Below, piece after piece: positions 9,854 to 19,697 of a DNA stretch of 64,000 nucleotides (within the stretch, counting starts at the first letter, position 1; the number at the start of each line of letters is the position of its first letter). A program made the translations under genes and the position numbers. The notes below the pieces were generated by a model that was given only the letters and a program-made list of their open reading frames with translations, ran no database searches and was not told the DNA's origin. Source of the stretch: Anaeromyxobacteraceae bacterium (GTDB taxonomy: Bacteria; Myxococcota; Myxococcia; Myxococcales; Anaeromyxobacteraceae); NCBI GenBank assembly GCA_032654565.1, contig JAULAX010000018.1, positions 96,001-160,000 of the forward strand, in the 5' to 3' direction.

Positions 9854-10630
9854 ATGCTGGTCGCCGCGCTCGACACCGCCACGCTCACCCTCTCCGCCGC
9901 GCTGCTCGAGGTCGGCGAGGCCGGGGCCGAGCTGCTGGCCGAGCGGACCGAGCACCAGCCGCCGCGGGTGGCGGCCGGGGCCACCATCGGCCACGGGGCC
10001 CGGCTGCCGGCGGTGATCCGCGACCTGCTGGTGGCCTGCCAGCGGAAGCTCCCCGAGGTGGAGGGCTACGCCATCGGGCTGGGGCCGGGCTCCTTCACCG
10101 GGCTGCGCATCGGCCTGGCCACCTTCAAGGGGTTCTCCTACGCCAACCAGCGCCCCATCGTCGGCGCCTCCAGCCTGGCCTCGATGGCCCAGGCGGCCGC
10201 CCCCGGGGCCCCCGCCGGCGCGCTGCTGGTGCCGCTGCTCGACGCCAGGCGCGGAGAGCTCTACGCCGGCTTCTACCGGGCCGAGGGGGGCGTGGTGGTG
10301 GCGGTGCGGCCCGACGCGGTGCTCCACTGGAGCGCGCTGCTGGAGGCGGCCCGCCAGCTGACCAACGGCCACCCGCCGGCCGGGTTCGGCGAGGGGTACC
10401 AGGCCTACGCCGCCGAGCTGGGCCCGGGCCTGCCCCGGCTGGCCACCGAGGTCCGCACCCCCAACGCCGCCGCCCTCGGCACGCTCTGCGCGGCGGCGCT
10501 GCGGGGGGCCGCCTTCGACAAGGACCGGCTGGCGGCGCTGGAGCCGCACTACGTGCGCAAGAGCGAGGCCGAGGTGAAGTTCCCCGACGGGCTGCCGCCG
10601 CCGGGCCTGCCGAAGCGAGGAGGGGCGTGA
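9854..10630 (+). CDS. tsaB: tRNA t6A biosynthesis protein TsaB
   Basis: ALDTAT, GPGSFTGLRIG and DARRGE motifs. Confidence 0.92.
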   Translation: MLVAALDTATLTLSAALLEVGEAGAELLAERTEHQPPRVAAGATIGHGARLPAVIRDLLVACQRKLPEVEGYAIGLGPGSFTGLRIGLATFKGFSYANQRPIVGASSLASMAQAAAPGAPAGALLVPLLDARRGELYAGFYRAEGGVVVAVRPDAVLHWSALLEAARQLTNGHPPAGFGEGYQAYAAELGPGLPRLATEVRTPNAAALGTLCAAALRGAAFDKDRLAALEPHYVRKSEAEVKFPDGLPPPGLPKRGGA

Positions 10631-11046
10631 TGGTGACCTGGAGCGAGGCGCTGCGGACCGGGGTGGTCGAGATCGACGACCAGCACCAGCTGCTCTTCCG
10701 CCGCGCCGCGGTGGTGCGCGACGCCGTCCGGTCCGGCCATGAGAGCGGCGAGGTGAAGGCGGCCATCGACTTCCTCAGCGACTACGCGGCCATCCACTTC
10801 GAGACCGAGGCCAGGTACATGAGCGCCGCCGCCTACCCGCAGGCGACCGCCCACCTCGCCGAGCACCGGCTGCTGGAGTGCAACCTCGACGCCGCCGCCG
10901 AGGCCTACCAGGCCGGGGGCGAGACGCCGCGCCTGGCCGACGCGGTGGTCGAGCTCTTCGAGAACTGGCTGGTGGCCCACATCCACGAGCACGACCGGGC
11001 GCTGGCCAGCTGGCTGCAGCGCACCGGCACGTCCGGGCGGGCCTGA
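10627..11046 (+). CDS. Bacteriohemerythrin
   Basis: W..TGVVEIDDQH, HFETE, H...H, WL..HI..HD iron ligands. Confidence 0.9.
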   Translation: MMVTWSEALRTGVVEIDDQHQLLFRRAAVVRDAVRSGHESGEVKAAIDFLSDYAAIHFETEARYMSAAAYPQATAHLAEHRLLECNLDAAAEAYQAGGETPRLADAVVELFENWLVAHIHEHDRALASWLQRTGTSGRA

Positions 11047-11072
11047 GTCGGTGCCTGGGGCGGGGCATTAGC

Positions 11073-11963
11073 ATGCGCGTCTTCGTCACCGGCGCCACCG
11101 GGCTCATCGGCCGCTCGCTCTGCGCGGCGCTGCTCCGTCGCGGCGACGAGGTGACGGCGCTCTCCCGGCAGGCCGGCGCGGCGCTCCCCCCCGGGGTGGC
11201 GCTGCTGCGGGGCGATCCGACGGTGGCCGGTCCCTGGCTGGAGGCCCTGACCCGGTCCGACGCGGTGGTCCACCTGGCCGGTGAGCCGGTGGCGGGCGGG
11301 CGCTGGACGGCGGCGCGAAAGGCGCGGCTGGCCGCCTCGCGCCTCGACTCGACCCGGCTGGTGGCCCAGGCCATCGCCGCCGGCGGGCCGAAGGTGCTGG
11401 TGCAGGGGAGCGCGGTGGGCTTCTACGGCGATCGGGGCGACGAGCCGCTCGGCGAGGGGGCGGCCCCGGGGCGCGGCTTCCTCGCCGACCTCTCGGTGCG
11501 GTGGGAGGCGGCGGCGGCCCCGGCGGCGACGCGGGCCCGGGTGGTGCTGGTCCGCACCGGGATCGTGCTGGCGCGGGACGGCGGGGCGCTGCCGCTGCTG
11601 GCCCGCCCGTTCCGCCTCTTCGCCGGTGGGCCCATCGGCGACGGCCGGGCCTGGCAGCCCTGGATCCACCTCGAGGACGAGCTGGGGCTGCTGCTGCTGG
11701 CGCTCGACGACGACCGGGCCCATGGGCCGCTCAACGCCGTGGCCCCGGCGCCGGTCCGGCAGGCGGAGCTGGCGCGGACGCTGGCGGGCGTGCTGCATCG
11801 CCCCAACCTGCTCCCGGTGCCGGCGGCGGCGCTGCGGCTGGGGCTGGGGGAGATGGCCGAGGTGCTGCTGGCCAGCCAGCGGGTGGTCCCCGGGCAGGCC
11901 GAGGCGCTCGGCTACCGGTACCGCTTCCCGGCGCTGGAGCCGGCGCTGCGCGACCTGCTCTAA
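11073..11963 (+). CDS. TIGR01777-family NAD-dependent epimerase/oxidoreductase
   Basis: VTGATGLIG, HLAGEP, SAVGFYG, PWIHLED motifs. Confidence 0.9.
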   Translation: MRVFVTGATGLIGRSLCAALLRRGDEVTALSRQAGAALPPGVALLRGDPTVAGPWLEALTRSDAVVHLAGEPVAGGRWTAARKARLAASRLDSTRLVAQAIAAGGPKVLVQGSAVGFYGDRGDEPLGEGAAPGRGFLADLSVRWEAAAAPAATRARVVLVRTGIVLARDGGALPLLARPFRLFAGGPIGDGRAWQPWIHLEDELGLLLLALDDDRAHGPLNAVAPAPVRQAELARTLAGVLHRPNLLPVPAAALRLGLGEMAEVLLASQRVVPGQAEALGYRYRFPALEPALRDLL

Positions 11964-12023
11964 CCGCGACGGCGCCTTCGCAGGCCGGCGCCTTCACGGG
12001 CGCGGTGCGGTATCCTCCCGCCC

Positions 12024-13052
12024 ATGGAACCACGCCCCATCTCCATCACGCTGCTCGGCGCCACCGGCGCCGTCGGCCGCGCCGTCCTCGAGGTGCTCGA
12101 GGACCTCGACGTCCCGGTCGGCCGGGTCCGGCTGCTCGCCACCGCCCGCTCCGCCGGACAGGAGCTCGACTTCCGCGGCGGCTCCTTCAAGGTCGAGGTC
12201 CCCAGCGCCGAGGCCTTCACCGGCTGTGACGTGGCCATCCTGGTCGCCGGGGCCGAGGCCAGCCGGGAGTGGGCCCCCCGGGCGCGCGCCGCCGGCTGCC
12301 TGGTGGTGGACGACTCCTCCGCCTTCCGCCAGCAGGCCGACGTGCCGCTGGTGGTGCCGGAGGTGAACGGCGCGGCGCTGGAGGGGGGCGCCCCGCTGGC
12401 CACCAACCCCCACGCCATCTCCATCGCCCTGGCGCTCACGCTGCAGCCGCTCCACGCCCTGGCCGGCCTGGCCCGGGTGGTGGTCTCCACCTACCAGTCG
12501 GTCTCGGGGACCGGCCACCGCGGCGTCGAGCAGCTGCAGCGCGAGGCCGCCGACCTGATGAACGGGCGGGAGCCGGGCGAGCCCGGCCGGATCCGTCACC
12601 GCGTCGCCTTCAACCTGGTGCCGCAGGTGGGGGCCATCGGCGACGACGGCGTCTCGGAGGGTGAGGCCAGCGTGGCCCGCGAGCTCCGGCAGCTGCTCGG
12701 CCTGCCCGGGCTGGCGGTCTCGGTGACGGCGGTGCGGGTGCCGGTCTTCTACGGCCACGCCGCCGCGGTCCACACCGGCTTCGACCGGCCGCTGGCGCCG
12801 ACGGCGGCGCGGGAGGCGCTGCGGCTGGCCCCGGCGGTGAAGGTGATCGACCGGCCGGAGGAGGGCGTCTACCCCATGCCCATGCTGACGGTGAACGACG
12901 ACGCCGTGCTGGTGGGGCGGCTGCGGGCCGACGCGGCGCTGGGGAACGGCCTCGCGCTCTTCCTGGCCGTCGACAACCTGCGCAAGGGGGGACCGACCAA
13001 CCTGGTGCAGGTGGCGCTGGCGATGGTGGAGCGGCGTCGGCGGGGCACGTGA
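12024..13052 (+). CDS. asd: Aspartate-semialdehyde dehydrogenase-family protein
   Basis: GATGAVG, DDSSAFR, STYQSVSG, RVPVFYGH, DNLRKG; NPH stands where the catalytic NPNC is expected. Confidence 0.8.
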   Translation: MEPRPISITLLGATGAVGRAVLEVLEDLDVPVGRVRLLATARSAGQELDFRGGSFKVEVPSAEAFTGCDVAILVAGAEASREWAPRARAAGCLVVDDSSAFRQQADVPLVVPEVNGAALEGGAPLATNPHAISIALALTLQPLHALAGLARVVVSTYQSVSGTGHRGVEQLQREAADLMNGREPGEPGRIRHRVAFNLVPQVGAIGDDGVSEGEASVARELRQLLGLPGLAVSVTAVRVPVFYGHAAAVHTGFDRPLAPTAAREALRLAPAVKVIDRPEEGVYPMPMLTVNDDAVLVGRLRADAALGNGLALFLAVDNLRKGGPTNLVQVALAMVERRRRGT

Positions 13053-13224
13053 GGACGGGCGAGGGGCGCGTGACAGTTTGGCAGGCCGTCCCCAGGCGCC
13101 CGGGGCGCCTTTGCCAGATTGGCACCGCGGCGGCCGGCCGTCGCCGGGCGGCGAAGAAAACCCCAGTCGACCCGATGGGTTCGAACCTTGCCTGGCTGGC
13201 GCCGGCCTTGCACAATCCACGTCC

Positions 13225-14073
13225 ATGATCCGCCGCCTCGCCCTCCTCGTCGCGTTGCTCCTCCCGGCCGCCGGGCTCGCCCAGACCACCGGCACGGTGC
13301 TGATCTCGCCGACCACCTTCGGGACGACCGACTGCACCTCGACGGCCAAGTCCGTCACGATCACCTGGACCTCGTCGAGCACGCCGGTGGCCGGGGGCAA
13401 CGAGATCTACAAGGTCTGGGTCTCCCACACCGACACGGCCTGCCTGACCACTGGTCAGCCCACAGGGAGCCTGCAGCTCGGGAGCGACATCCCGGTGACC
13501 ACCACGCCGCCGACCTACTCGACGACGCGCAGCGACTTCATCTCCAAGGCGGCGCTCTCCGCCTGCACGACCAACGCAACCATCTCCGTCTGCGTCCAGC
13601 ACTGGGTCATTGGTGCGGCGAGCGCCAAGGGCACGGCGACCGGGAGCGCCACGCTCGAAGTGGAGCCACCGCCGGTTCCCGTCCTCGTCTCGGTCGCAAC
13701 AGGCGACTCCGCGCTCTTCGTGAGTTGGGCGGACGGCACCACCAACACCATCGCGGCGGTCTCCTACAACGTGACCGCGGTGGGCGGCGGTGCCACCGTC
13801 ACCAAGAACTCCACCAGCAAGTCCTATCGGCTCGGCGGCCTGACCAACGGCGTCACCTACTCGGTGACCGTCACGTCTCTTTCGGCGGGCGGCAATGAGT
13901 CGGTTGCGTCCTCGCCGCCAGTCCTAGGCACGCCGCAACCGGTGGACGGCTTCTGGGAGCAGTACAAGAACGCAGGCGGGGTCGAGCAGGGCGGTTGCGC
14001 CGGCGGCCCGGCCGGGCTGGTGGCGCTGCTGGGCGTGGCCCTGGCCTTGCGCGGGCTCCGGAGGCGCTCATGA
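13225..14073 (+). CDS. Secreted fibronectin type III protein with a MYXO-CTERM-like tail (MXAN_2561-like)
   Basis: Signal peptide, FN3 motif LTNGVTYSVTV, C-terminal GGC + hydrophobic helix + RRR. Confidence 0.75.
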   Translation: MIRRLALLVALLLPAAGLAQTTGTVLISPTTFGTTDCTSTAKSVTITWTSSSTPVAGGNEIYKVWVSHTDTACLTTGQPTGSLQLGSDIPVTTTPPTYSTTRSDFISKAALSACTTNATISVCVQHWVIGAASAKGTATGSATLEVEPPPVPVLVSVATGDSALFVSWADGTTNTIAAVSYNVTAVGGGATVTKNSTSKSYRLGGLTNGVTYSVTVTSLSAGGNESVASSPPVLGTPQPVDGFWEQYKNAGGVEQGGCAGGPAGLVALLGVALALRGLRRRS

Positions 14074-14795
14074 GCCGCGCCATTCGCGCCGCTGCCCTGG
14101 TGCTCCTCGCTATCGCCGCGCCGGCCCTGGCCGAGGACCGGGCCTCCGGGGAACGGCTGGCCGGGGCCGGCTCCTTCGAGTTTCAGATGGGGCAGTACCG
14201 CCCGCTCATCGACTCCGAGCTCTTTCCGGACCTGGGCACGGCCGGCCTTCCGTGGGCCAGCAGCTTCGGTAACTCGCGTCCCTTCCTCTACCGGATCCAC
14301 GGTGGCAAGGCCTTGGTCAGCGGCTACGGCACCCTGGAGCTGGGAGGCGGGGTCGGCTACTACTCCGTCACCGGCCACGGCCTCTTCCACACCGGCGGCG
14401 CGGTGAGCCCGGAGGAGACCGGGTTCATGATGGTGCCGCTCACCCTCGACCTCACCTACCGGGTGGATCCGCTCTGGGAGCGGCTGGGCATCCCGCTGGT
14501 CCCCTACGGCCGGATCGCGCTGCTGCGCGACCAGTGGTGGGTGACCGGGGCGGGCGGCAAGTCCAGCATGTCCGGCGCCACCAACGGCTGGGGCTGGGCC
14601 GGCGGCCTGGCGCTGGTGCTCGACTTCATCGACCCGACGCTGGCGCGCGAGCTGGACCGCGACTCGGGCATCAAGCACACCATGCTGGTGGTGGAGGTCG
14701 GCCAGAACAAGGTGGACGACTTCGGCTCGAAGACCAGCTGGGACCTCTCCAGTGACAAGCTGGCGGTGAGCTTCGGGTTCCTCTTCGCCTTCTGA
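14070..14795 (+). CDS. Outer-membrane beta-barrel protein (MXAN_2562-like)
   Basis: Signal peptide, amphipathic beta strands, terminal Phe; ATGA-coupled to the FN3 gene. Confidence 0.75.
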   Translation: MSRAIRAAALVLLAIAAPALAEDRASGERLAGAGSFEFQMGQYRPLIDSELFPDLGTAGLPWASSFGNSRPFLYRIHGGKALVSGYGTLELGGGVGYYSVTGHGLFHTGGAVSPEETGFMMVPLTLDLTYRVDPLWERLGIPLVPYGRIALLRDQWWVTGAGGKSSMSGATNGWGWAGGLALVLDFIDPTLARELDRDSGIKHTMLVVEVGQNKVDDFGSKTSWDLSSDKLAVSFGFLFAF

Positions 14796-14836
14796 CCGGC
14801 GCGCCCCCGGCCGCCGCGGCGCCCCGGGGGCGAGCG

Positions 14837-15649
14837 CTACAGCTTCCGGTGCTTGAGCGCAGGCAGCTCCTGGCGCACCCGCTCCAGCCGGGCCCGGCTG
14901 AAGGGGGCCACGCAGACCCCCTCGCCGTCGGCGCAGCGGGCCAGCACCACGCCCCACGGGTCGATGACCATGGCGTTTCCGAAGGTCTGGCGCTTGGCCG
15001 AGTGGGTCCCCACCTGCGCCGGGGCCACCACGTAGGCCAGGTTCTCGATGGCCCGGGCCCGCAGCAGCACCTCCCAGTGGTCCTTGCCGGTGAAGAGCGT
15101 GAAGGCGGCCGGGATGGAGAGGATGGCGGCGCCGAAGCCGGCCAGCTTCCGGTAGAGCTCGGGGAAGCGCAGGTCGTAGCAGATGGTCAGGCCGATGCGC
15201 CCCAGCGCGGTGGGGGCGATGATGGCCTGGTCGCCGGCCGCCACCACCTCCGACTCGGCGTAGCGGGCGCCGTCGGGGATGCTGACGTCGAAGAGGTGGA
15301 TCTTGCGGTAGGCGGCCACCAGCGAGCCGTCGTCGGCGATCAGCGCGCAGGTGTTGGCGGTCTTCCCCGGCTCCGCCACCTTCTCGGCGATGGAGCCGGC
15401 GATGACGTGGACGGCCCGCCGCCTGGCCACCTCGCGGATCACCCCCAGGGTCGGCCCGTCGAGGGTCTCCGCCCCCTCCAGCAGCCCCTCCTGCGGCCCC
15501 ATGTAGGAGAAGTTCTCCGGGAGGCCGATGAGGCGGGCTCCCAGGTCGGCCGCCTCCTCGATGAGCCGCACGGCGGTCTCGAGGTTGCGGACCCGGTCCG
15601 GGCTGGAGGTCATCTGCACCGCGGCGATCAGGAAGGTGGGCGGGGCCAT
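14837..15649 (-). CDS. Carbon-nitrogen hydrolase (Nit1-like)
   Basis: LPEN, YRKIHLFD and ICYDLRFPE (Glu-Lys-Cys triad). Confidence 0.92.
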   Translation of the reverse strand: MAPPTFLIAAVQMTSSPDRVRNLETAVRLIEEAADLGARLIGLPENFSYMGPQEGLLEGAETLDGPTLGVIREVARRRAVHVIAGSIAEKVAEPGKTANTCALIADDGSLVAAYRKIHLFDVSIPDGARYAESEVVAAGDQAIIAPTALGRIGLTICYDLRFPELYRKLAGFGAAILSIPAAFTLFTGKDHWEVLLRARAIENLAYVVAPAQVGTHSAKRQTFGNAMVIDPWGVVLARCADGEGVCVAPFSRARLERVRQELPALKHRKL

Positions 15650-15763
15650 GTCGATCGACTTATCACGACCGAACCTCCCCCGGTGGTGCCAACCCCACCG
15701 TCCCGGCCCCCCCGGGGGGAGGGTGAATTGGCTGCCGGTGGCGACCTGCCTAGACTCCAGACC

Positions 15764-17668
15764 GTGAGCGGCACCAGCCCAGCCCGGCGCCTCGCCGGCC
15801 TCCTCCTCGCGGCCCTGGCCGGGAGCGCCGGGGCCGAACCCGCGCCCCCGCCCTGTCCGGCCGGCGGCGACGCCTTCCGCTCCCCCAGCGCCGTGGCCCA
15901 CTACCTGGAGGCGCGGCTGGCCGGGCTGCGCGGCGATCACCCGCAGGCGGCCGAGGAGCTGCGGCTGGCGGTGATCTTCGACGAGGGGAGCGCCGAGCTG
16001 CGCGCCGCCCACGCCGAGGCGCTGGCCGCCGCCGGCCGGCTCGAAGCCGCCGAGGCGGAGGCGCGGCGAGCGCTGGCCTGTGACGGGAGCGGGCGGGCGG
16101 CCTCGTCGGCGCGGCTGCTGCTGGGCCGGATGCTGGTGGCCCGGGGGCAGGTGGAGCCGGCCCTCCTCGAGCTGCGCGCCGCCATGGCCATCGAGGCGGC
16201 CCGCGCCGCCGGGGGCGAGCGCGGCGACCCCGAGGCCTGGCGGCTGGCGGCCGGGCTCCAGGTGGAGGCGGGCGACCTCGACGGGGCCCGGGCGACGCTG
16301 GGGGCGGCGGTGGCGGCGGTGGGGGCCGACGGCGGCGGCCTCCGCGAGCTGGGGCGGCTGCTCCTGACGCGGCGCGACCCGGCCCGGGCCGAGGCGCCGC
16401 TGCGCCGCGCCGTGGAGGTGGATCCCGGAGACCTGGAGGGCTGGCGGCTGCTGGCGCAGGCGGACGAGGCGCTGCGCCACCGGGCCCCGGCCCGGGCCGA
16501 CTGGCTGGCGCTGCTGCGGCTCGATCCGGAGGACGCCGAGGCCCTGCTCGGGCTCGGCCGCCTGGCGCTGCAGGAGGACGACGTGGCCGCCGGCGAGGAG
16601 TGGTTCCGTCGCCACCTGCGCGCCGCGGGGGAGGGGACCGAGCCGCGGCTGCGCGTCGCCTTCGAGTGGCTGGAGGCGCGGCGGCCCGAGGCGGCGCTCC
16701 GGGTGGCGCGGGACGGGCTGGCGGCGGCGTCCGGCGAGGCCCGGCTGCTGCTGGTGGCCGGGCTGGCGCTCCACGACCTGCGCCGCTGGCCGGAGGCGGC
16801 GGCGCTGCTCGGCCAGGTCTCCCCCGGCGCCGGCGACCTCTGGTTCTCGGCGCGGGTCACCATGGCCAACGCCCTCTCCCGCGCCGGGCGCCACGAGGAG
16901 GCGTTGGCGGCGCTGGCGGCGCCGCTGACGGCCCGCCCCGGCGAGCCGCGCCTGGTGACGCTCCGGGCCACGGTGCTGATCCGGACCGGGCGGGTGGCCG
17001 AGGCGGTGGCGCTGCTCACCGAGCAGCGCGCCGACCGGATCCGGCTCGGCGACCTGGCGGCGCTGGTGGAGATCGAGGAGGCCCTGGCCGAGGCGCTGGT
17101 GCGCGCCGGCCGGGCCGCGGAGGCGGTGGACGGGCTGCGGGCCGCCGTCGAGGCCCAGCCCGGCGAGCTGGAGCTCCGCTACGCGCTGGGGGCGGCCCTG
17201 GCCAGGGCCGGGAGGCCCGCCGAGGCGGTGGTGGAGATGCGGGCCCTGCTGGCCCTCGACCCGGAGAACCCCGAGGCGCTCAACTTCGTCGGCTACCACT
17301 GGGTGGAGCAGGGGGTCCGGCTCGACGAGGCCGAGGCCCTGCTGCGCCGGGCGCTGGCGGCGGCCCCGCGCCGCGGTCACATCGTCGACTCGCTCGGCTG
17401 GCTGATGCTGCGCCGGGGCCAGGCGGGGCGGGCGGTGGAGCTGCTGGAGCGGGCCGTCCAGCTCTCCGGCCCGGATCCGGCGGTGCTCGACCACCTCGGC
17501 GACGCCTACCGCGCCGCCGGCCGCCCCGCCGACGCCGCGGCCACCTGGCGCCGGGCCCTGGGCGGCTTCGGCGACGAGCCGCCCGCCGAGCAGCTCCGGC
17601 TGCGGTCGGCGCTGGAGCGGAAGCTCTCCGGCGCCGCGGCCCCGGCGCTGCGCCCGGTGGCGCGCTGA
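15764..17668 (+). CDS. Secreted TPR-repeat protein
   Basis: Signal peptide, Ala/Leu-rich TPR helices, ALNFVGY...DSLGW...DHLGD tail. Confidence 0.85.
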   Translation: MSGTSPARRLAGLLLAALAGSAGAEPAPPPCPAGGDAFRSPSAVAHYLEARLAGLRGDHPQAAEELRLAVIFDEGSAELRAAHAEALAAAGRLEAAEAEARRALACDGSGRAASSARLLLGRMLVARGQVEPALLELRAAMAIEAARAAGGERGDPEAWRLAAGLQVEAGDLDGARATLGAAVAAVGADGGGLRELGRLLLTRRDPARAEAPLRRAVEVDPGDLEGWRLLAQADEALRHRAPARADWLALLRLDPEDAEALLGLGRLALQEDDVAAGEEWFRRHLRAAGEGTEPRLRVAFEWLEARRPEAALRVARDGLAAASGEARLLLVAGLALHDLRRWPEAAALLGQVSPGAGDLWFSARVTMANALSRAGRHEEALAALAAPLTARPGEPRLVTLRATVLIRTGRVAEAVALLTEQRADRIRLGDLAALVEIEEALAEALVRAGRAAEAVDGLRAAVEAQPGELELRYALGAALARAGRPAEAVVEMRALLALDPENPEALNFVGYHWVEQGVRLDEAEALLRRALAAAPRRGHIVDSLGWLMLRRGQAGRAVELLERAVQLSGPDPAVLDHLGDAYRAAGRPADAAATWRRALGGFGDEPPAEQLRLRSALERKLSGAAAPALRPVAR

Positions 17669-17725
17669 GTGCGCTGCCACGGCGCCCGCGGCGCCGGCCC
17701 GCCCCAAGCGTCCGCTCACTCCCGG

Positions 17726-17754
17726 TTGACGCCCTCCCGGCCCGCTCCTAGGTT
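17726..17754 (+). promoter_or_regulatory. sigma70-type promoter
   Basis: TTGACG-17-TAGGTT ending 9 nt before ATG 17764. Confidence 0.6.
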
Positions 17755-17763
17755 CCGGGTGAG

Positions 17764-18624
17764 ATGAACGCCCCGCCGTTTCCAGCCGCCTCCGAGGCGA
17801 CCCACGACGAGGGGTTCCTCCACTCGGTGGACCACACCCGGCTCTACTGGCGGCGCTACCGGCCTCCTGCGCCGCGGGCCACGGTGGCGGTCTTCCACGG
17901 CGGCGGCGACCACTCCGGGCGTTACCCCGCCCTGGCCGGCGCCCTGGTCCAGGCCGGCTTCACGGTGGCGCTGGTCGACTTCCGCGGCCACGGCCAGTCC
18001 GACGGCCGCCGCTGGGCCATCGACTCCTTCTCCGACTACCTCGCCGACGCCGACACCTTCCTCCACGCCCAGCGCGCCGGCCCGCGGCGGCTCTTCGTGG
18101 TGGGGCTGGGGGCCGGGGCCCTGATCGCGGCCCGCTGGGCGCTGGCCCGGGCCGGGCAGGCCGACGGCTTCGTCTTCGCCTCGCCGCTCTTCGGCTTCGG
18201 CCCGGAGGCCGCGCCCCGGAGCCGGTGGCCGGCCGCGGTGCTGGGGCGGGCGGTGCCCAGGCTCAGGCTGGCGGCCCGGGTCGAGGTCGCGGCGCTCACC
18301 GCCGACCCGGCGCTGCAGGCCTGGATCGCCGTCGACCCGCTGCGCGGCACCTCCACCTCGGCGCGCTGGTTGAGCGCCTCGGTGGCCGCCCAGCGGGAGG
18401 TGCTGGCGGCGGCGCCGCGCTTCACCGGGCCGCTGCTCCTGCTGGAGGGCGGGGACGACCGGATCGCCGACCTGGTCCAGGGCCGCCGCTTCTTCGACGA
18501 GGCCGGCTCGCAGGACAAGAAGCTGGTGATCTACGAGGGGTTCCGCCACGAGCTGTTCAACGAGCGCGACCGCCAGCGGCCGCTCGCCGACACCGTGGCG
18601 TGGCTCTCGGAGCGGTCGGGCTGA
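17764..18624 (+). CDS. Alpha/beta hydrolase, lysophospholipase family (AgmH-like)
   Basis: HGGGDHSGRY, DFRGHGQS, HELFNE; the nucleophile motif reads GLGAG (no Ser); upstream of bactofilins as in M. xanthus. Confidence 0.8.
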   Translation: MNAPPFPAASEATHDEGFLHSVDHTRLYWRRYRPPAPRATVAVFHGGGDHSGRYPALAGALVQAGFTVALVDFRGHGQSDGRRWAIDSFSDYLADADTFLHAQRAGPRRLFVVGLGAGALIAARWALARAGQADGFVFASPLFGFGPEAAPRSRWPAAVLGRAVPRLRLAARVEVAALTADPALQAWIAVDPLRGTSTSARWLSASVAAQREVLAAAPRFTGPLLLLEGGDDRIADLVQGRRFFDEAGSQDKKLVIYEGFRHELFNERDRQRPLADTVAWLSERSG

Positions 18625-18646
18625 GCGGCGGGCCGTGTGATTGGCG

Positions 18647-18675
18647 TTGACGCCACGTCGACCCCCCCCTATCCT
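18647..18675 (+). promoter_or_regulatory. sigma70-type promoter of the bactofilin operon
   Basis: TTGACG-17-TATCCT. Confidence 0.6.
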
Positions 18676-18762
18676 CCTCAGGTTCCCCCCGGTCCGGCGA
18701 CCCCCCGGCGCGTTTCGCGCCCTCGCCGCCGGGCCCAAGCAGTCCTGGAGGAGTCCAAGGTC

Positions 18763-19131
18763 ATGGCAGGCATTGAAAAGGCGAGCGCGCCCCGCAGCGG
18801 CGCGCACACCGTCATCGGGAGCTCGATCGTCATCGACGGCGAGATCTCCGGCGACGAGGACCTGGTCATCCAGGGCACGGTGAAGGGGCGCATCTCGCTG
18901 AAGGAGAGCCTCTACGTCGAGTCCTCCGGCGTCATCGAGGCCGACATCGAGACCGCCAACGTCGAGGTGTCCGGGCAGGTGACCGGGAACATCGCCGCCA
19001 GCGACAAGGTCGAGCTCAAGGCCGACTGCAAGGTGGTCGGCGACATCCGCTCGCCGCGCATCCTCATCGCCGACGGCGCGGTCTTCAAGGGCAACGTGGA
19101 CATGGACGTCAAGGAAGCGAAGGGGAAGTGA
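18763..19131 (+). CDS. Bactofilin (polymer-forming cytoskeletal protein)
   Basis: TVIG..IVIDGEI.GDEDL.IQG.V.G beta-helix repeats. Confidence 0.92.
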   Translation: MAGIEKASAPRSGAHTVIGSSIVIDGEISGDEDLVIQGTVKGRISLKESLYVESSGVIEADIETANVEVSGQVTGNIAASDKVELKADCKVVGDIRSPRILIADGAVFKGNVDMDVKEAKGK

Positions 19132-19685
19132 CCATGGCCACCACCGACGGCACCACCATCATCGGCGAATCGATCCTCATCAGCGGCAGCCTGGCCGGCG
19201 ACGAGGACCTGACGGTCCGCGGCCGCGTCGAGGGGACGCTGACCCTGACCCGCACCCTGGTCGTCGAGCCCACCGGCATGGTCAAGGCCGAGGTCCAGGT
19301 CAAGAACTGCATCATCGCCGGCATCGTGGTCGGCAACGTCACCGCCACCGAGTCGGTGGAGATCACCAAGGAAGGGCGGATGGTCGGCGACATCGCCGCC
19401 CCGCGGGTGATCATCGTCGACGGCGCCAGCTTCCGCGGCCGCATCGACATGGGCGAGGTGGACGTGGGCAGCGAGCGGCGGGTCAGCGCTCCGGCCCGCG
19501 CCGCGGCCCCGGCCCGCGCCACCGCCCCGGCCCGCCCCAGCCTCCGCCCCGCGGCCCCGACCCGGGCGCCGCAGGGGAAGAAGGCGGAGGCCCCGGCCGC
19601 CCAGCCCTCGCGCCCCTCGGTCCCGCCGGCGCCGGTGGCCATGGGCTCGGTCAAGCGCAAGGTCATCGTCAAGACCAAGAAGTAG
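19128..19685 (+). CDS. Bactofilin with Pro/Ala-rich, basic C-terminal tail (BacP-like)
   Basis: Bactofilin domain plus low-complexity tail ending KRKVIVKTKK. Confidence 0.9.
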   Translation: MTMATTDGTTIIGESILISGSLAGDEDLTVRGRVEGTLTLTRTLVVEPTGMVKAEVQVKNCIIAGIVVGNVTATESVEITKEGRMVGDIAAPRVIIVDGASFRGRIDMGEVDVGSERRVSAPARAAAPARATAPARPSLRPAAPTRAPQGKKAEAPAAQPSRPSVPPAPVAMGSVKRKVIVKTKK

Positions 19686-19697
19686 CCCGGGAGGTCC

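Noticed and set aside
14837..17719. Two overlapping ~950-aa ORFs on opposite strands
   Set aside because: High-GC shadow extensions; the real genes are Nit (14837-15649) and the TPR protein (15764-17668).
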